Shown here: positions 26,296 to 39,125 of the stretch, in pieces
Layout of the letters: every line of letters starts with the position of its first letter
Numbering within the stretch: position 1 is the stretch's first letter
NCBI RefSeq assembly: GCF_006345805.1
Contig: NC_042998.1
Location: forward strand, 57,040,001-57,104,000
DNA length: 64,000 nucleotides
Origin: Octopus sinensis
Taxonomy: Eukaryota
Direction: 5' to 3'
Made by a program: the position numbers and the translations under genes
Notes under the pieces: model-generated
Databases searched by the model: none
Seen by the model: only the letters and a program-made list of their open reading frames with translations
Told to the model about the DNA's origin: nothing

Positions 26296-26847
26296 TGCCC
26301 TGAAGCAGTACCAGGCAGTGGCTCTCATGGCTTCTGATTTTAACTGATTGGAAGTGTTATGTACATTGTTTTGTCTTGGTATAAAAGATGAGCAATAGTA
26401 AATATTCTGCTCAATACCACAGATTTGCTTGTCAGTTGTTTGACCTTAACCAGTAGAGCATGTCCCTTAATGGCTGACGATATGTGCATTTCTGATCACA
26501 AGCAGAAGTAGTGGGTGAGCATCACAGCCATATGTTGAGAGGGATTCTATGGGGTTTGAATATTTCACCATTGGAAACATGGGTATTTTATTCAACATCC
26601 TTAAACAAACCTTGTTCAGGGACCTTTTAAGTGAGATGGGTTACTCGACCAGAAGAAAATTCTAGCTGGGCCCCACCTGTAAGGTCATGTGCTGTTTATC
26701 TTGATATGAAATCATCATGTCACATACATATGTTTGTGATGCATGTGTCTAGTGTACCCTTATCAGACGGGTAGTCATGATGGGTACACTGAGCTTCGTA
26801 TATTTTACCCCAGTGTCACTTTGATGGCATGCACTGCTCTCTCACTC

Positions 26848-26916
<69 letters not shown>

Positions 26917-27560
26917 GTACTGTATGTACCAAGAAAAAGAGGAGGAAGAGGACTGATTGGATGCGAACGCATCATTAGATCAGAAGAAAACAACATAGCA
27001 TAGTATATAAAAAATGCTACAGAGCCGCTATTATTTGAAGTAAGAAGGTCAGGCTTGTGTAGGATGGAAAATTGCACTGTACCACCACTTGAGAATGAAT
27101 GAAATTGAAAATAGGTGGATAAAAAAAGAAGAATGCATGGACAAGTTCATAAGAATTTTGAAGATAAGGCAGACAAAAAAAAAGATTGCTATGGATGACT
27201 AAAAGAGATTTAAAACCGGAAACGGAGGCTCTAATCCGTGCAGTCCAAGAGCAAGCATTAAGAACCAATTACATCGAATACAGAATAGACAACACATCAG
27301 AAATTGATAAGCGCAGAATTTGTGGACAAAATGGTGAAACCATATGGTATATTACCAGTCAATGTACGCCAATGTGGCATCTCAAGGCGACTACAGTACC
27401 AGTGATTGTAGGATCTCTAGGAATGATAAAAGAAGGTACTGAAACTCATTTGAAAATGATGCCTACAGGAAGTGCAAAAAGTCGTGTTAACTGGAACGAC
27501 TCATGTACTGAGAAGAGCATTATCGCTGTGAAAACAACATCCATTCATGAATTTATTTAT
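26917..27560 (+). pseudogene. R4/Dong-like non-LTR retrotransposon 3' relic (RT C-terminus, zinc knuckle, REL region)
   Basis: LYVPRKRGGRGLIG; WMTKRDLKPETEALIRAVQEQALRTNY; RICGQNGETIWYITSQC; VPVIVGSLG. Begins right after an (AAT)n tract. Confidence 0.8.
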
Positions 27561-27879
27561 TTATTAATTTTTTAAAATACATATTTTACATGTGAATTTG
27601 CGCGTGTAATCTGGGAATGCATACATTGAGCTTCTTTGCCCTAGATGTACGGAAAACACTCGGCGAGAAATAGAAGAAAATTTAAAGAAAGAAGAAAAAA
27701 ATTATTGTTATAATCATAACGGGCCACCGCTTTGAAGAGGAAAGTACTAATTATATTTTCAGCGAGTGCAGTAAACTTGCAGAAAAAGAGTATGGCCGTG
27801 TAGGTAAAAGAGTGCATTGGAATGTTAGCCGAGTGTATGGTATCCAAATAACAAGAAAACAGTGTGAGCATAAACCAGA

Positions 27880-28260
27880 TGCTGTGAGAAAATAAGTAGT
27901 GAAAAGTCTTATGGGACCTCTTCATAAAGACTGACTACACTATTGGAGCGAGAAGACCAGATATAATTATAGAGGACAAAATAGGCTAACTATAGAATCA
28001 TTGATTATGAAAAAACTAATTTCCTATAAAAAAAGGGTCTATACAAAAGAAAAAAAAAAAAACGAGAAATACGATTTAGCCAGAGAGATGAAGAGACTGG
28101 AAAACTAAGTCAATAATTAATCTTGTGGTAACTGGTGCACTTGACACAACACCTCCAAAAAGATTGATAGATTTTTCGAATTGAGAATCACATCGTCGAC
28201 CTACAGATAAGAATCGCAAAAAGCATTCTTGAAATTTGAGTAGACTTTTTGTCACTAAAA
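27880..28260 (+). pseudogene. Second R4/Dong-like fragment (restriction-like endonuclease)
   Basis: VLWDLFIKTDYTIGARRPDIIIEDK matches the WD...TD...RPDI motif. Confidence 0.55.
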
Positions 28261-28379
28261 TTGCAGATAATATTCCTGGCTATAAAATTAGTGTGCATTT
28301 GTTTCATAATTGTAATGATAATAATAATGATGATGATAATGATGATGTTGATGAAGAAGATGATGATAATTATATTAAT

Positions 28380-28592
28380 GGCTTCAAATTTTAGCACAGG
28401 GCCAGGAATTTAAGGGAAGGGAGGAAGTCGATTACATTGATCCCAGTGCTCAACTGGGACTAATTTTATCGGTTTCAAAACGATGAACTGTAAAGTCGAT
28501 CTCGACGACATATGTACTCAGTATTTAAAGTCATGAAAAATGCCACAAAGCAGTTTACTCGGCGCGGCAACGATTCTACGAGCTCGACGCCT
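28380..28592 (-). mobile_element. Old SINE family A copy
   Basis: Degenerate GGCGTCGAGCTCGTAGAATCGTT head on the minus strand. Confidence 0.6.
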
Positions 28593-29152
28593 TAATAATA
28601 AGAATACCAATTTCAAATTTTTGCACAAGGCTGGGAATTTTGGGGACGGGGATAAGTGCATCACATGGAGCCCAGCACTCAATCCAAAACGTATTACAAA
28701 TGGGTAACTGGAACTGTAGGGGAAGCAGAAACACACAGCAAGAAGAGATCCTCCAACAGTGTGCTTGAAACCGCATGCTGTCTCTACTCCAGGCCTGCTT
28801 CAGGTCTAGGTAAACATTCTGTTAATGAAGTCGTGAATGGCGACAAAAGGAGTTTGACCAACTTAACTATGAACTTCATTTCGACTTATACATTTTAATG
28901 GCCTTGTATCAGAGTATATTCGTTTTTTTCGGGTATTTTCTACAGTTTCCATCTTTCCTGCTGCCTCCATCAGCCTGCCACCATGGCTCACTTTCTGTTC
29001 CCTTTTCACTGATTTTCTAGCTCACCACAGCGCAACACCTTTAAACTACTTTATTTTGTTATATCTAGTGTGTCAGACACAACATAAAAATGACAACTAA
29101 ATACCGCAAAGCCATTTTCACACAATTTTTACCAACTCTGCTATTCCAAATT

Positions 29153-29455
29153 GGAGCAACATGGCCTAGTGGTTAGAGCAGCGGACTCGTGGTCAGGGGT
29201 CAAGGGTTCGAATCTCAGACCGGGCGATGTGTGTGTTTATGAGCGAGACACCTAAGCTCCACGCGATTCCGGTAGAAGGTAATGGCGAACTTCTGCAGTC
29301 TCTTTCGCCACAACTTTTTCTCACTCTTTCCTCCTGCATCTTGCAGCTCGCCTGCGACGGACTGGCGTCCCGTCCAGGTGGGGAACCTATACGCCAAGGA
29401 AATCGGGAAACCGGCCCTATGAGCAAGGCATGGCTTGAGAAGGAACAAAAAAAAA
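29153..29455 (+). mobile_element. tRNA-derived SINE family C, full length, with V-SINE-like central motif
   Basis: TGGCCTAGTGGTTAG...GGTTCGAATCTC head; CCTGCGACGGACTGGCGTCCCGTCCAGG central motif; A-rich tail. Confidence 0.75.
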
Positions 29456-29659
29456 TCTATTCCAAAGCCTTATTATCAATAGTAGTATAACGATAAACAC
29501 TGAAGATGTAGTTTCTATATAGGATATGTAGTTTATCTATACCTATCATTTTATTTCTATCACAGAATTTGCTATTCAAATAGTGGTCTGACCTTTCTGT
29601 CGATCTCTTCTAATTGTCTTTCAATAGTATCTACTGGCCTTATGAGACCTAGGGCTAAA

Positions 29660-29977
29660 GAAAAATGTTACTCCAGAATCGGTTGGAAAAAAATCTGGCA
29701 CTCTGTCGGTTATGTCAACGAAGGTTCCAGTTGATCCGATTGACGGATCAGCCTGGTCAGGAAATTAATGTACAAGCGGCTGAACATTCCAGAGTGACGT
29801 GTACCCTTAACGTAGTTCTCATGGAGATTCAGCGTGACACAGAATGTGACAAGGCTGGCCCTTTGAATTACATGTACAAGTACAACTCAATATTGTCAGC
29901 TGAATGGACCGGAGCAAAGTGAATCGAAATCATGAACTTACGACCGTGAGCCAATTTCTCGCTAACCACTAAGCCAC
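29660..29977 (-). mobile_element. tRNA-derived SINE (further family)
   Basis: Minus-strand head GTGGCTTAGTGGTTAG...AGTTCATGATTTCGATTC. Confidence 0.55.
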
Positions 29978-30003
29978 AAATCTCTTTATCGGATGTTTCT
30001 TGT

Positions 30004-30477
<474 letters not shown>

Positions 30478-31199
30478 GAATTCTTTTCCTAATTATGAAT
30501 GAGTTTATTACGCATATAAAGTATCATTACTTGCTTGTGGGAGAGTGTTTCTTGGTGAAGCTGCTTGCATTTAGCTATTTAATTCCTGGACTTGTTTATT
30601 TATAGTTAGCTTGGGAAGACATCTCTGTTGTTTTATGCTGATTAGTTTTGTTGTGGTCAATTCAGCTTCAATTATCTCTATTGTTTCTGTTAGGCCTTCC
30701 TTATGATTGTCTGTGATTATCCCGTTGCTTATTATTTTTCTAAATGTTTTGTATAGATTCGTTATATCGGTCTTTTTATTGTAAGTTTCTGATGGCTGTT
30801 TATGTGGACATGTAACATGGCCGTCTTTGTTTTGGTATTTTGTTATTCTAATACTGACAGTCCGTGCGTGATCGTGATTGTTCTTCTTTACTATGTGTAG
30901 GTATCTCTGTATGTCTACTTGTGTGAGTGTATGTGCGTTTGTTTGCATGTGCGCGTCTGTATGCGTGTTGTTGCTTCTGTTGTCTTACATTAATTTTGTA
31001 GGTTGAATAGCTTCTCCAAAAATTTATATTTGTTATGTCTTCGAAGTTATTGATTTTGTCGTTGTTGTTCACAACAACAACAATAATAATGTTTTCTTTA
31101 CTAACCACTAAAGGTTCACAAAAACATTGGGGATGGTACAAGACAATACAATGTGAAGTCACATAAAATGAAACGTATAAACAATGAAAACTGCAACAA

Positions 31200-32673
31200 A
31201 ATGAATTTCAACAATGAAATTTTTCCCGAAGTGCGAGACTTCCTAGGGCTGTCTGGGAAGACCCCAACAAACCACGTTCGTCCGTACCTCTAGGGCAAGT
31301 GCCCCCTCCACACCATTCTTCAACCTACATGCTTAGTGTATACCTGTTCATTCGGACCATTCTTGTAACATCCACCCACCCTTTTAACAAAATAGGTGGG
31401 AGGCAGCACTTCCCTTTCTAGCCTCACTTTTCTTTTCAATTGAAACTTGAAAAAGTTGATCAGGGCTTGGTCAAAGAGGAAAGCATCTGACTTCAGCCCT
31501 CTCAGTCTGGTCCACCATACAACCTCTTTCCTAAGGTCACCAGACAAAGAAATACTGTCCCCACTTCTCAGCAAAAGAAAGCTATGGGACGATCTTCACA
31601 ATGAACTCAGCCAATCGCCAGATCCACTCTACATGTAACAGCAGGTGTCCAGCAGCAACCCACAAGTCAGCAATAGTGAAGTATTGGACGAGAGCGTGAA
31701 GAACAGTTTCGACGCTCTGAGCACATCTCGAGCAAGCCAGGCTGACGGCACTCCCTTGCCTGTAGTGTTTATCCTGACCGGTAACACCACTCCCGGTAGC
31801 ACTGCTACCGGGGCATCAATGGCCTCTGTAAATTATCTGTCGAAAGTCCTCCGGTACAGACCAGCCAGTTGCCGAACTTGCCTACCACAGAACGCCAGAG
31901 TGAAACTTCCACGATCAGCTGACGGAGGAAAATCTAGTCTGACAAACGGCGATCACACCTCCGCACCGCCTAGGAAACGCTGGAGATGTCGTAGCCTCAG
32001 CGCATGTCTGTGCATCAGCAGCCACAAAATGCCCAACTCTCCATTCAGCGGGTTTTGACAGCAAATGGAGCGCATGACCAGTGGAATGCGTTCCTTCCAC
32101 AGAAAACGAAAGACTATGTACTCCAGTTTGGTCAGATGTAAGCTGGTGTAAGACAGTCAGGCGGTAATATAAACAAAGGCGATATAAAAATTCGCCACCT
32201 CTGCTCGACCTTTCAGTGATAGATTTTTTCACGGCCCATTTCTGGGTAAGACTGCTTACTCTGCTTGTGGATAAGATCGTCACCTCATCCACGATCTTCT
32301 CCGCCTGGAGGTCCGGACCAAGCCAGACCCAAGCAATTTAACTGGTACCTTTGTCCAGCATCCAGGTGCCGAGCTACAGACTTGCTGTCTCTTCTTGGTT
32401 AATTTTTGCTCCCGTATTCTTTTAGAGCAGTGCCGACTGCCTAGGTTTGTGTGTCTGGTGTTGGAGACTATGACGGTAACGTTGCCTGTGTATGCTGACA
32501 TAGTTCTCCCACGTCCTAGTTCGTGCGAGATGACTCAACGCGTCCAGTTTCCGCAGTAATAAGTCAAGAGCCAGTACATACAAAAGAGACAAGAAGTGAC
32601 ACCCTTGACGAACCAGGCGCATGATGATGATGGTTCTGACAGGTAATTATTCACCTGAACTACTGAGTAGATA
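31200..32673 (-). pseudogene. Tx1/L1-like LINE RT-to-3' relic, interrupted by the Penelope insertion
   Basis: VRQGCHFLSLLYVLALDLLLRKL (QGCPLSPLLY motif) and a decayed YADD region; continues at 33955-34045. Confidence 0.7.
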
Positions 32674-32762
32674 CAGTTCTATATTTAAGAGATGTGGAAT
32701 TATGCACATTATTTACATTATTTACAATTGACGGATATTTGTCCTCATCTTGTTTGTTGTTA

Positions 32763-32806
32763 ACATACCGTTTCGGCTGATATACCCTCCAGCTTTAATC
32801 AGGTGT
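32763..32806 (-). ncRNA. Degenerate hammerhead motif in the inverted Penelope pLTR
   Basis: ACAC-CTGATTA-aAGCTG...CAGCC-GAAA-CGGT-ATGT; the core is mutated. Confidence 0.45.
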
Positions 32807-32857
32807 CTTGAGGGAAATTTCGAACCTGGGTACTCATTCCAAATAAAAATAAAAAAA

Positions 32858-33649
32858 AGACAGCTAGCATTCCTGCACGTATTAATAACACGCATCAAGT
32901 ATGGATTTATGACATCCGTATACCGCAAGCCGACCTTCACTGGACGATACCTCAACTTCAACTCCCACCATCCATACAGTGTAAAGAGAGGGATTGCTCA
33001 GTGCCTAAAACATCGAGCAATGAATATAAGTAGCGATCGTGACACCCACCACAAAGAAATGATCAAGCTCAGTAACAATCTATTAAGCAACAACTGCCCC
33101 AAAAGCATGCTCTCCCCTCCAATTATGAAGAAAAGAGAAGATGAAACCGATAAACTGTCCAAAGTCTGTCTACCCTATGTGAAAGGCCTCTTCGAATAGA
33201 TACAAAAGATATGCGGTCCATACGACATCAGGACAGTATTCAAAAGTAATACAACACTTCGGAAATATCTCCTTCGAGTAAAACCACCAATAGAAGAGAA
33301 TATGACTAAGAACTACGTGTACTCCATCCCATGCTGCTGTGGTAGGTTATACAAAGGCGAAACATGCCGCCCCCTCAAAATAAGGGCAGAGGATCATCGC
33401 AAAGCTGTGACACGGGGAGATATTGCTAAACCAGGTATAGCTGACTATGTATGGAAAAATGGAGACCACCTCTCCCCGTGGGATGAAGTTAAAATGATGA
33501 TAGACAGAGAACACCACTGGAAAATACGTAAACTAAAAGAAGCAGCACATATGCTAGGACACAACAACCTCCTAAACAAACCGAGTGCAGATATGAACAG
33601 CATATTCGAACCGGTATTAAGGAAAGATACAAGAATATTAGATTTATAA
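32858..33649 (+). pseudogene. Penelope RT thumb + GIY-YIG endonuclease, one in-frame stop at 33197-33199
   Basis: LAFLHVLI...SVYRKPTFTGRYLNFNSHHP...LPYVKGL...YVYSIPCCCGRLYKGETCRPLKIRAEDH...RKLKEA; ORFs 32750-33199 and 33302-33649 share a frame and the gap is open. Confidence 0.9.
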
Positions 33650-33880
33650 GCCCTAAAATTCACTCCATAATTTCCCATGGGCATATGGCGTCGTGGTTAA
33701 GAGCGCGCGTTACTAGCCACAAGATCCCGAGTTCGATTCCAGGCAGTGACCTGAATAATGATGACAATGACGATGATGATGACTATGATGACGATGACAA
33801 TGATGATGATGATGATAACAACATCAACAACATTGAAAAATACCTTAGGAATGAGAACCCAGGTTCGAAATTTCCCCAAG

Positions 33881-33924
33881 ACACCTGATGAAGGCAGGAG
33901 GGTATATCAGCTGAAACGTTGTGT
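33881..33924 (+). ncRNA. Minimal type I hammerhead motif in the Penelope 3' pLTR
   Basis: ACAC-CTGATGA-aGGCAG gagggtatat CAGCT-GAAACGTT-GTGT; palindromic AACGTT replaces stem III. Confidence 0.65.
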
Positions 33925-33954
33925 AAATAATATAAATAATATACTGAGTAGATA

Positions 33955-34045
33955 TCGCTGTGTATTGCTGTGATCTAGCTATGGAAAATAGGACCGAAGG
34001 CTTTCAATTGATTGAAATTGATCAGAGCCTCACCCACTCTGTCTA
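33955..34045 (-). pseudogene. Upstream continuation of the Tx1/L1-like RT
   Basis: ALINFNQLKAF...GPIFHS*ITAIHSDIYSV joins VQVNNYLSEP across the TSD. Confidence 0.65.
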
Positions 34046-34599
34046 TGTGGTCAGTTGATTACATCAATACAAATCTTCAACTGGTACTTATTTTATTAAA
34101 CCAGAAAGCTGAACGACAAGTTAAACGTCGGCGGAATTCGAAATCACAAAGCTATGTATTGTGTCTAACGTGATAACTGTTCTGTCAGTTCACCGATTTT
34201 AAGGAAGTTTTTAAATTTTGGCCGTCAGTGTTAACTAGTACATTTTCTTATCTATTCCGAAAGGATGTAAAACAAAGTTGACGTCTGTGGTATTTGAACT
34301 CAAAACGTAAAAAGCAGCAAGAAAGGACGCTAAGCATTTTGTCCGACGCGCCAACGATTCTGCCAGTCGCTGCTTCACCCTCTCAATAATTGTAGTCACA
34401 AGTGTTTTACAACACAAGCAAGAAAGAATGGAGAGTTTACATTGATTGGAATGTAACCTCACCGTTAACAAGGGATATATTAATAAAGTTTTAACAACAA
34501 ATTGCGATAATAATATAAAATAACAGAAAAATGAGAGATCCTCCAACAGAGTGTGCTTGAAACCACATTGCGTGGTTCGACCCACACAAAGCTCCGTAT

Positions 34600-35770
34600 T
34601 GCTCTGGCACATCAAAGGCTAGTGCCTTCTCACACGATTTGGCACGAACCAGCATTTCCATAACTAAAGTAGGCAAACTGCTTTCACTTTCTTCCCTCTT
34701 TCATAAAATTTACTGCAGCGTAGTGTCTTCTCTCTTCATCGCCATTTTCTTCTTTATGAAGAACTTGAAGATGTTGATAATGGCTTAGCTTAATGAAAAA
34801 GCAAAAAACAAAAGTCAAAGCTCTGTTCTTAGACCGTTCAACTGTGTCCAACTTAAGTTTTTTTTCCTTTACTTACTAAATCTGGGGAAACTATCCATTC
34901 TAACCGTGCCGCAGACAGACGGTGACTTGATCATAATGTTACACATGGCTGATAACCAGATAGATCACGCATCGCATGTCATAAAGGCTTTTCAAGAAAA
35001 ACCCATAAATCATCAATACATGGACACTGAACGAGTACATACTGAACTGCTTCGTCACCCTGCACGGATCTTGGAAGGTTCAGTTGTTAACAGCTCTAAA
35101 ACGGCCGTTCTAGTCGAACTTATGCCGAATATGTAAACTTCTTCTGTGGCACTGCAAGCACAAGTTCATTTAGAAATTTTACATAAACTCCGACCTAACA
35201 CTCATCTATAAGTGAGTACCCATCGACTCCCAGAGTACCTGTACAGATTTCGAGCATGGTTTTCCACTGACTACATTTTTCCAGCTGATAAAATGTATTA
35301 AGTGTCGCGGAATATCGATTTGCGCTTCACCAACGACTGCAGCTCGGACAAAAAGCAAGCTGCAGAAAAAATGTTATTTAAACAACACCACCCACAAATC
35401 TTCATTCTCGTGGTGGTGGCTCAGCATTCTCTGCAGATGTAACAGCCTCAGAACATACCTGAGTTCTATCAGCCACAAGTATTCAACTGCACATCTAGAA
35501 TAGGTGTTGAGCCTATTCTTTCCAAGAAAAGCAAAACGATTTCTGAGACGAGGCACATGGATGAAGCAGTAATACAACATAGGGATTAGCTTCTTCTGAC
35601 CGACTTTTCAGTAATACTTCTGGATAAGACTAGTCACTCTACTCGTGGTATAAGGTTTTCTGTACCCGAAGTAAATTTGGGTTCTCGTTCGGATCAGATC
35701 CTTCATGCACCTTAACAGAACCACCCGCCCAATGACAGACGCACCGAGTTGAAGAACACTGATAATGCAT
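34600..35770 (-). pseudogene. Possible old hAT transposase relic
   Basis: Scattered motifs GASVIG, YYCFIH and SRW*S in the order expected for DGAxxM, HCxxH and TRWxS; heavily decayed. Confidence 0.35.
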
Positions 35771-35821
35771 ACTGCATTAGAGTTCTACTCGACGCACGAT
35801 ATATATATATATTATATATAT

Positions 35822-35877
<56 letters not shown>

Positions 35878-37122
35878 CTAGCAACTATTCGATGCTTACA
35901 AATTTTGTCGAGAAAAGGAAAAAAAGAAAAAAAAACGTGAAAATACTAAATGCTTGCAAGTGATACGATGATATACTTCGAATTTCATTTTATTAATGCA
36001 ATTCAAATGTTCAAACTGATCAGCTTTCGGATGTCATATGTAAACAAACTGCTGAAGCACCAGACCGATTCCTTTTACGTGTAAATAAAATAACCAGATA
36101 TTAAACAGATTCAGTTCTCCGGAGAACACTAGAGATGCTTAACATAGTAGATTGCTGCCCAACTATTACAAAATATATTCTTTAATAGAGATTAAATACT
36201 AATGAATCAACTCGAATAAAAAATACGGAAAAAAATGGATGATTAAATGTGTAATTCAGTGATCTGTTACATTTGTTGATCTTCACTTTGTACTACAAAC
36301 GTTTTTCTTAGTCGCCTTTCCGCATTATATAATAAACGTATATTGCGTTTCCACTGATTCTGTCAACACAATAGAAAATACAAAATGAAAGCAAAACTTT
36401 ACAAAGACAGTGGTGGCTACGTAAAAATAAAATCGAGTATGAGTAAAGGAAGAGATCCGTCCTGAGACTTTCAAGCCAACAAGGGAAATTTGCAGATCCC
36501 TTATTATTATCATTGCTATGGGCATGTGCCTTCAGCTGACTTTTCAGGTATACGGCTGCTTTCTAAGATGTAGGTCTTCTCTTTATCTATACTAATTACA
36601 TTACAAGTATACAGTGATATTGCTATTGTAATAAATATTCTTTATTGTGTGTAGATATGATCAGGTGATTAAGATTTTAGGTCCGATTACACAGCGTAAC
36701 TCATTAGAGAAATGTTTTCTACTATAACCTCGAGTCGACCGAAGCCTCGTGAGGGAAATTTGGTAGATGAAAATAGCGTTGAAGCATGTAGGGGAGTCCG
36801 TTCCTGTTTTGAGAGAGGAAGATTTAATCTGCCACATTCATTGATTTTATCTGGGCCTTGACTACTTTTAGTACGGTTCACTAACTAATTTTTTGTTTCA
36901 AAATCGCATTGTTCGCTCCAAACTTCAGACCTAGAAAAGAGTTGAAAGTGTTGCTCATTCCCTAGACTGAGTCATTAAGAGAAAAAATTTAAAAAATTAA
37001 AAAAAAAGAAAAGAAAGAAAAGGAATTTTAACACTATTCTCCTATTCGGACCAGCAATTACATTCCGTTAAGAAATAGAAAGATCATATATGAAATAGAT
37101 GTATCGAAGAACCAGGAATATA

Positions 37123-37688
37123 TTGGGTTGTCCGGAAAGTTCGTGCCGATATTTAAAGGAAAGAAAAAGGTCAATAAATACTTGCCATTATATTTTTAAT
37201 CAACCAAATATGAACCATTTTGTTGCACAATGCGTCTCCATCTTTCCTTTAACTTGAAAATACCCTCTTCCCAGAATTGAGGTGGTTTCATGGCAAAGAA
37301 TTCATCAAGGTATATTTTAACATCATCCAATGAATTGAAAATTTTACCATTAAGACTATTCTGCAGAGACCTGAACAAGTGGAAATCCGAAGAAGCAATA
37401 TCCGGTGAATATGGAGGGTGGGGTAACACATCCCAGCCGAGCTGCAGCAATTTTTGTCTGGTTCCCAAAGCATCAAGTGCCAAAAATGAACTTTCTTATC
37501 TTCTATTTTAAAGGGTTAGAGAATTAACACAGGTTATAGGAACATAAACCTTCTTCGACGAAAAGAAAGCTTAAACTGTGCTCTAAATGGAGGTGTAGTC
37601 AAATCCTATTTTATGGACTCAATCATGTTCTAAAATAAGTCGAAAGGTAAGATACTATAAATCGGCACGAACTTTCCAGACAACCCAT
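37123..37688 (-). mobile_element. Internally deleted mariner element
   Basis: TIRs TTGGGTTGTCCGGAAAGTTCGTGCCGAT / ATCGGCACGAACTTTCCAGACAACCCAT, TA flanks; LPHPPYSPDIASSDFHLFRSLQNSL (mariner YSPDLAPxD motif). Confidence 0.92.
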
Positions 37689-39079
37689 TATTTGTGAAGG
37701 AAAGAAACTTGAACTGGAAATGTATTGATTTTATATTATATATTTTTTTCCGCCGGTGGATTGTATGTGCAACAATAAAATTTCAAGCTGTTAGAACCCA
37801 ACCCAATTCAAAGAAGAGATTGCCATTACTATAAAGAATTTAAGAAAAAATGTAAATTTCACACAAGAAATATAATGACTTTTGTTCCTCTGGGTATTTC
37901 TTTGGAATAAAAAAAACAAACAAACAAAGCAAGAGACAGTAAAATACAAAAATCGAATTAGCATCATTTTGTACATCTTTTCAGCAATTTTAGACGGTTC
38001 GTTAATTTCGAACATTTCACTGGTTAATTGAAACACCAGGCAACAGTAAATAATGACAATCTATTGAATAGTGCTTAATTTGTTCCTACCTGCTGCTGCC
38101 GCCGTAATATTTGGAGTGTCTAACGATTAATTTTGCTGCAGAGAATGTTCCTTCGGTATGTTCAATGATGTCATGTCTTATAAATTATACACAGAAACGA
38201 ATAGTATTTATGATTTACGCATGAAGAGAATATATGGAGAATAATTTGGAGAACATCCTATAATGATTGTCGAGTTCAACTGCTTTTCAATCTGGGGCTA
38301 ATTTATTTTTGTACCTTATTCATATCAGTTTACGAAGTTAGGAAATAGTCGGTAGTTCTGTTTTCTTCTCCACCCTACGATGATAAATTGTCTTCCAGCA
38401 AAATTCTATTCAACCCATTGAATTAATGTTTCTGTTACAGGCAGCCATGATGAGCTTAAGTTACGACCTTTGTTGACTTTAGTCTCCTCATAGAGTAAAC
38501 AAAACATATTGAGATCGTTTTAGTAGCATTTATTATTAGGTTTAAATCAGTGACAAAGATATCGCTATTTTTATGGCATATCCAATTTTAGTAAAGTTAT
38601 CAGGAAATGTGGTAATTCCAACATATCTATCATTCATCTACAAACCCATTACTGGTCAATAGCTTCCTTCACTGTAGCTAAAAATACATTTGATCTTTTC
38701 AAAATAGGATAGACTCAGATGGCAATATTAATGGCTCTTAACATTTTTTCTCCTTAAGTGTTAAAGAGATCAATTTCGCCAAACGGGAAGGAATACAAGA
38801 GAAATTGTTTAACGGCATGTCATCGGCTACTGATTTCTTACTTAAATACAAATGAAAAATGAGGTGAAGTAAAATAACTGAGCCCTAATATGTAACTGGT
38901 ATTTATTTCCAATCGGAATAGAAGGGCGCGAAGGAAAAATGATAGACGACCTTATTGGTTTCAAAATCGAGAGAACTAGCTATTACATGACATTTAATCA
39001 GATGCCCTGCCCTATCATGTCTCAAAACTTGTCCCCATGATACATTTATTTGTCAGAAACTCAGTCATTAAAAACAAAA

Positions 39080-39125
<46 letters not shown>

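Larger units (their letters stand above)
32674..33941 (+). mobile_element. 5'-truncated Penelope-like element with inverted 5' pLTR, RT C-terminus + GIY-YIG ORF and 3' pLTR
   Basis: 13-bp TSD TACTGAGTAGATA (32661-32673, 33942-33954); about 32760-32840 is inverted relative to 33848-33925; hammerhead motif in the LTRs. Confidence 0.9.

Noticed and set aside
29153-29225. tRNA gene-like sequences (also 2074-2147 and 33680-33750)
   Set aside because: A/B boxes are present but there is no clean cloverleaf, and they run into repeat bodies, so they are SINE-type heads.
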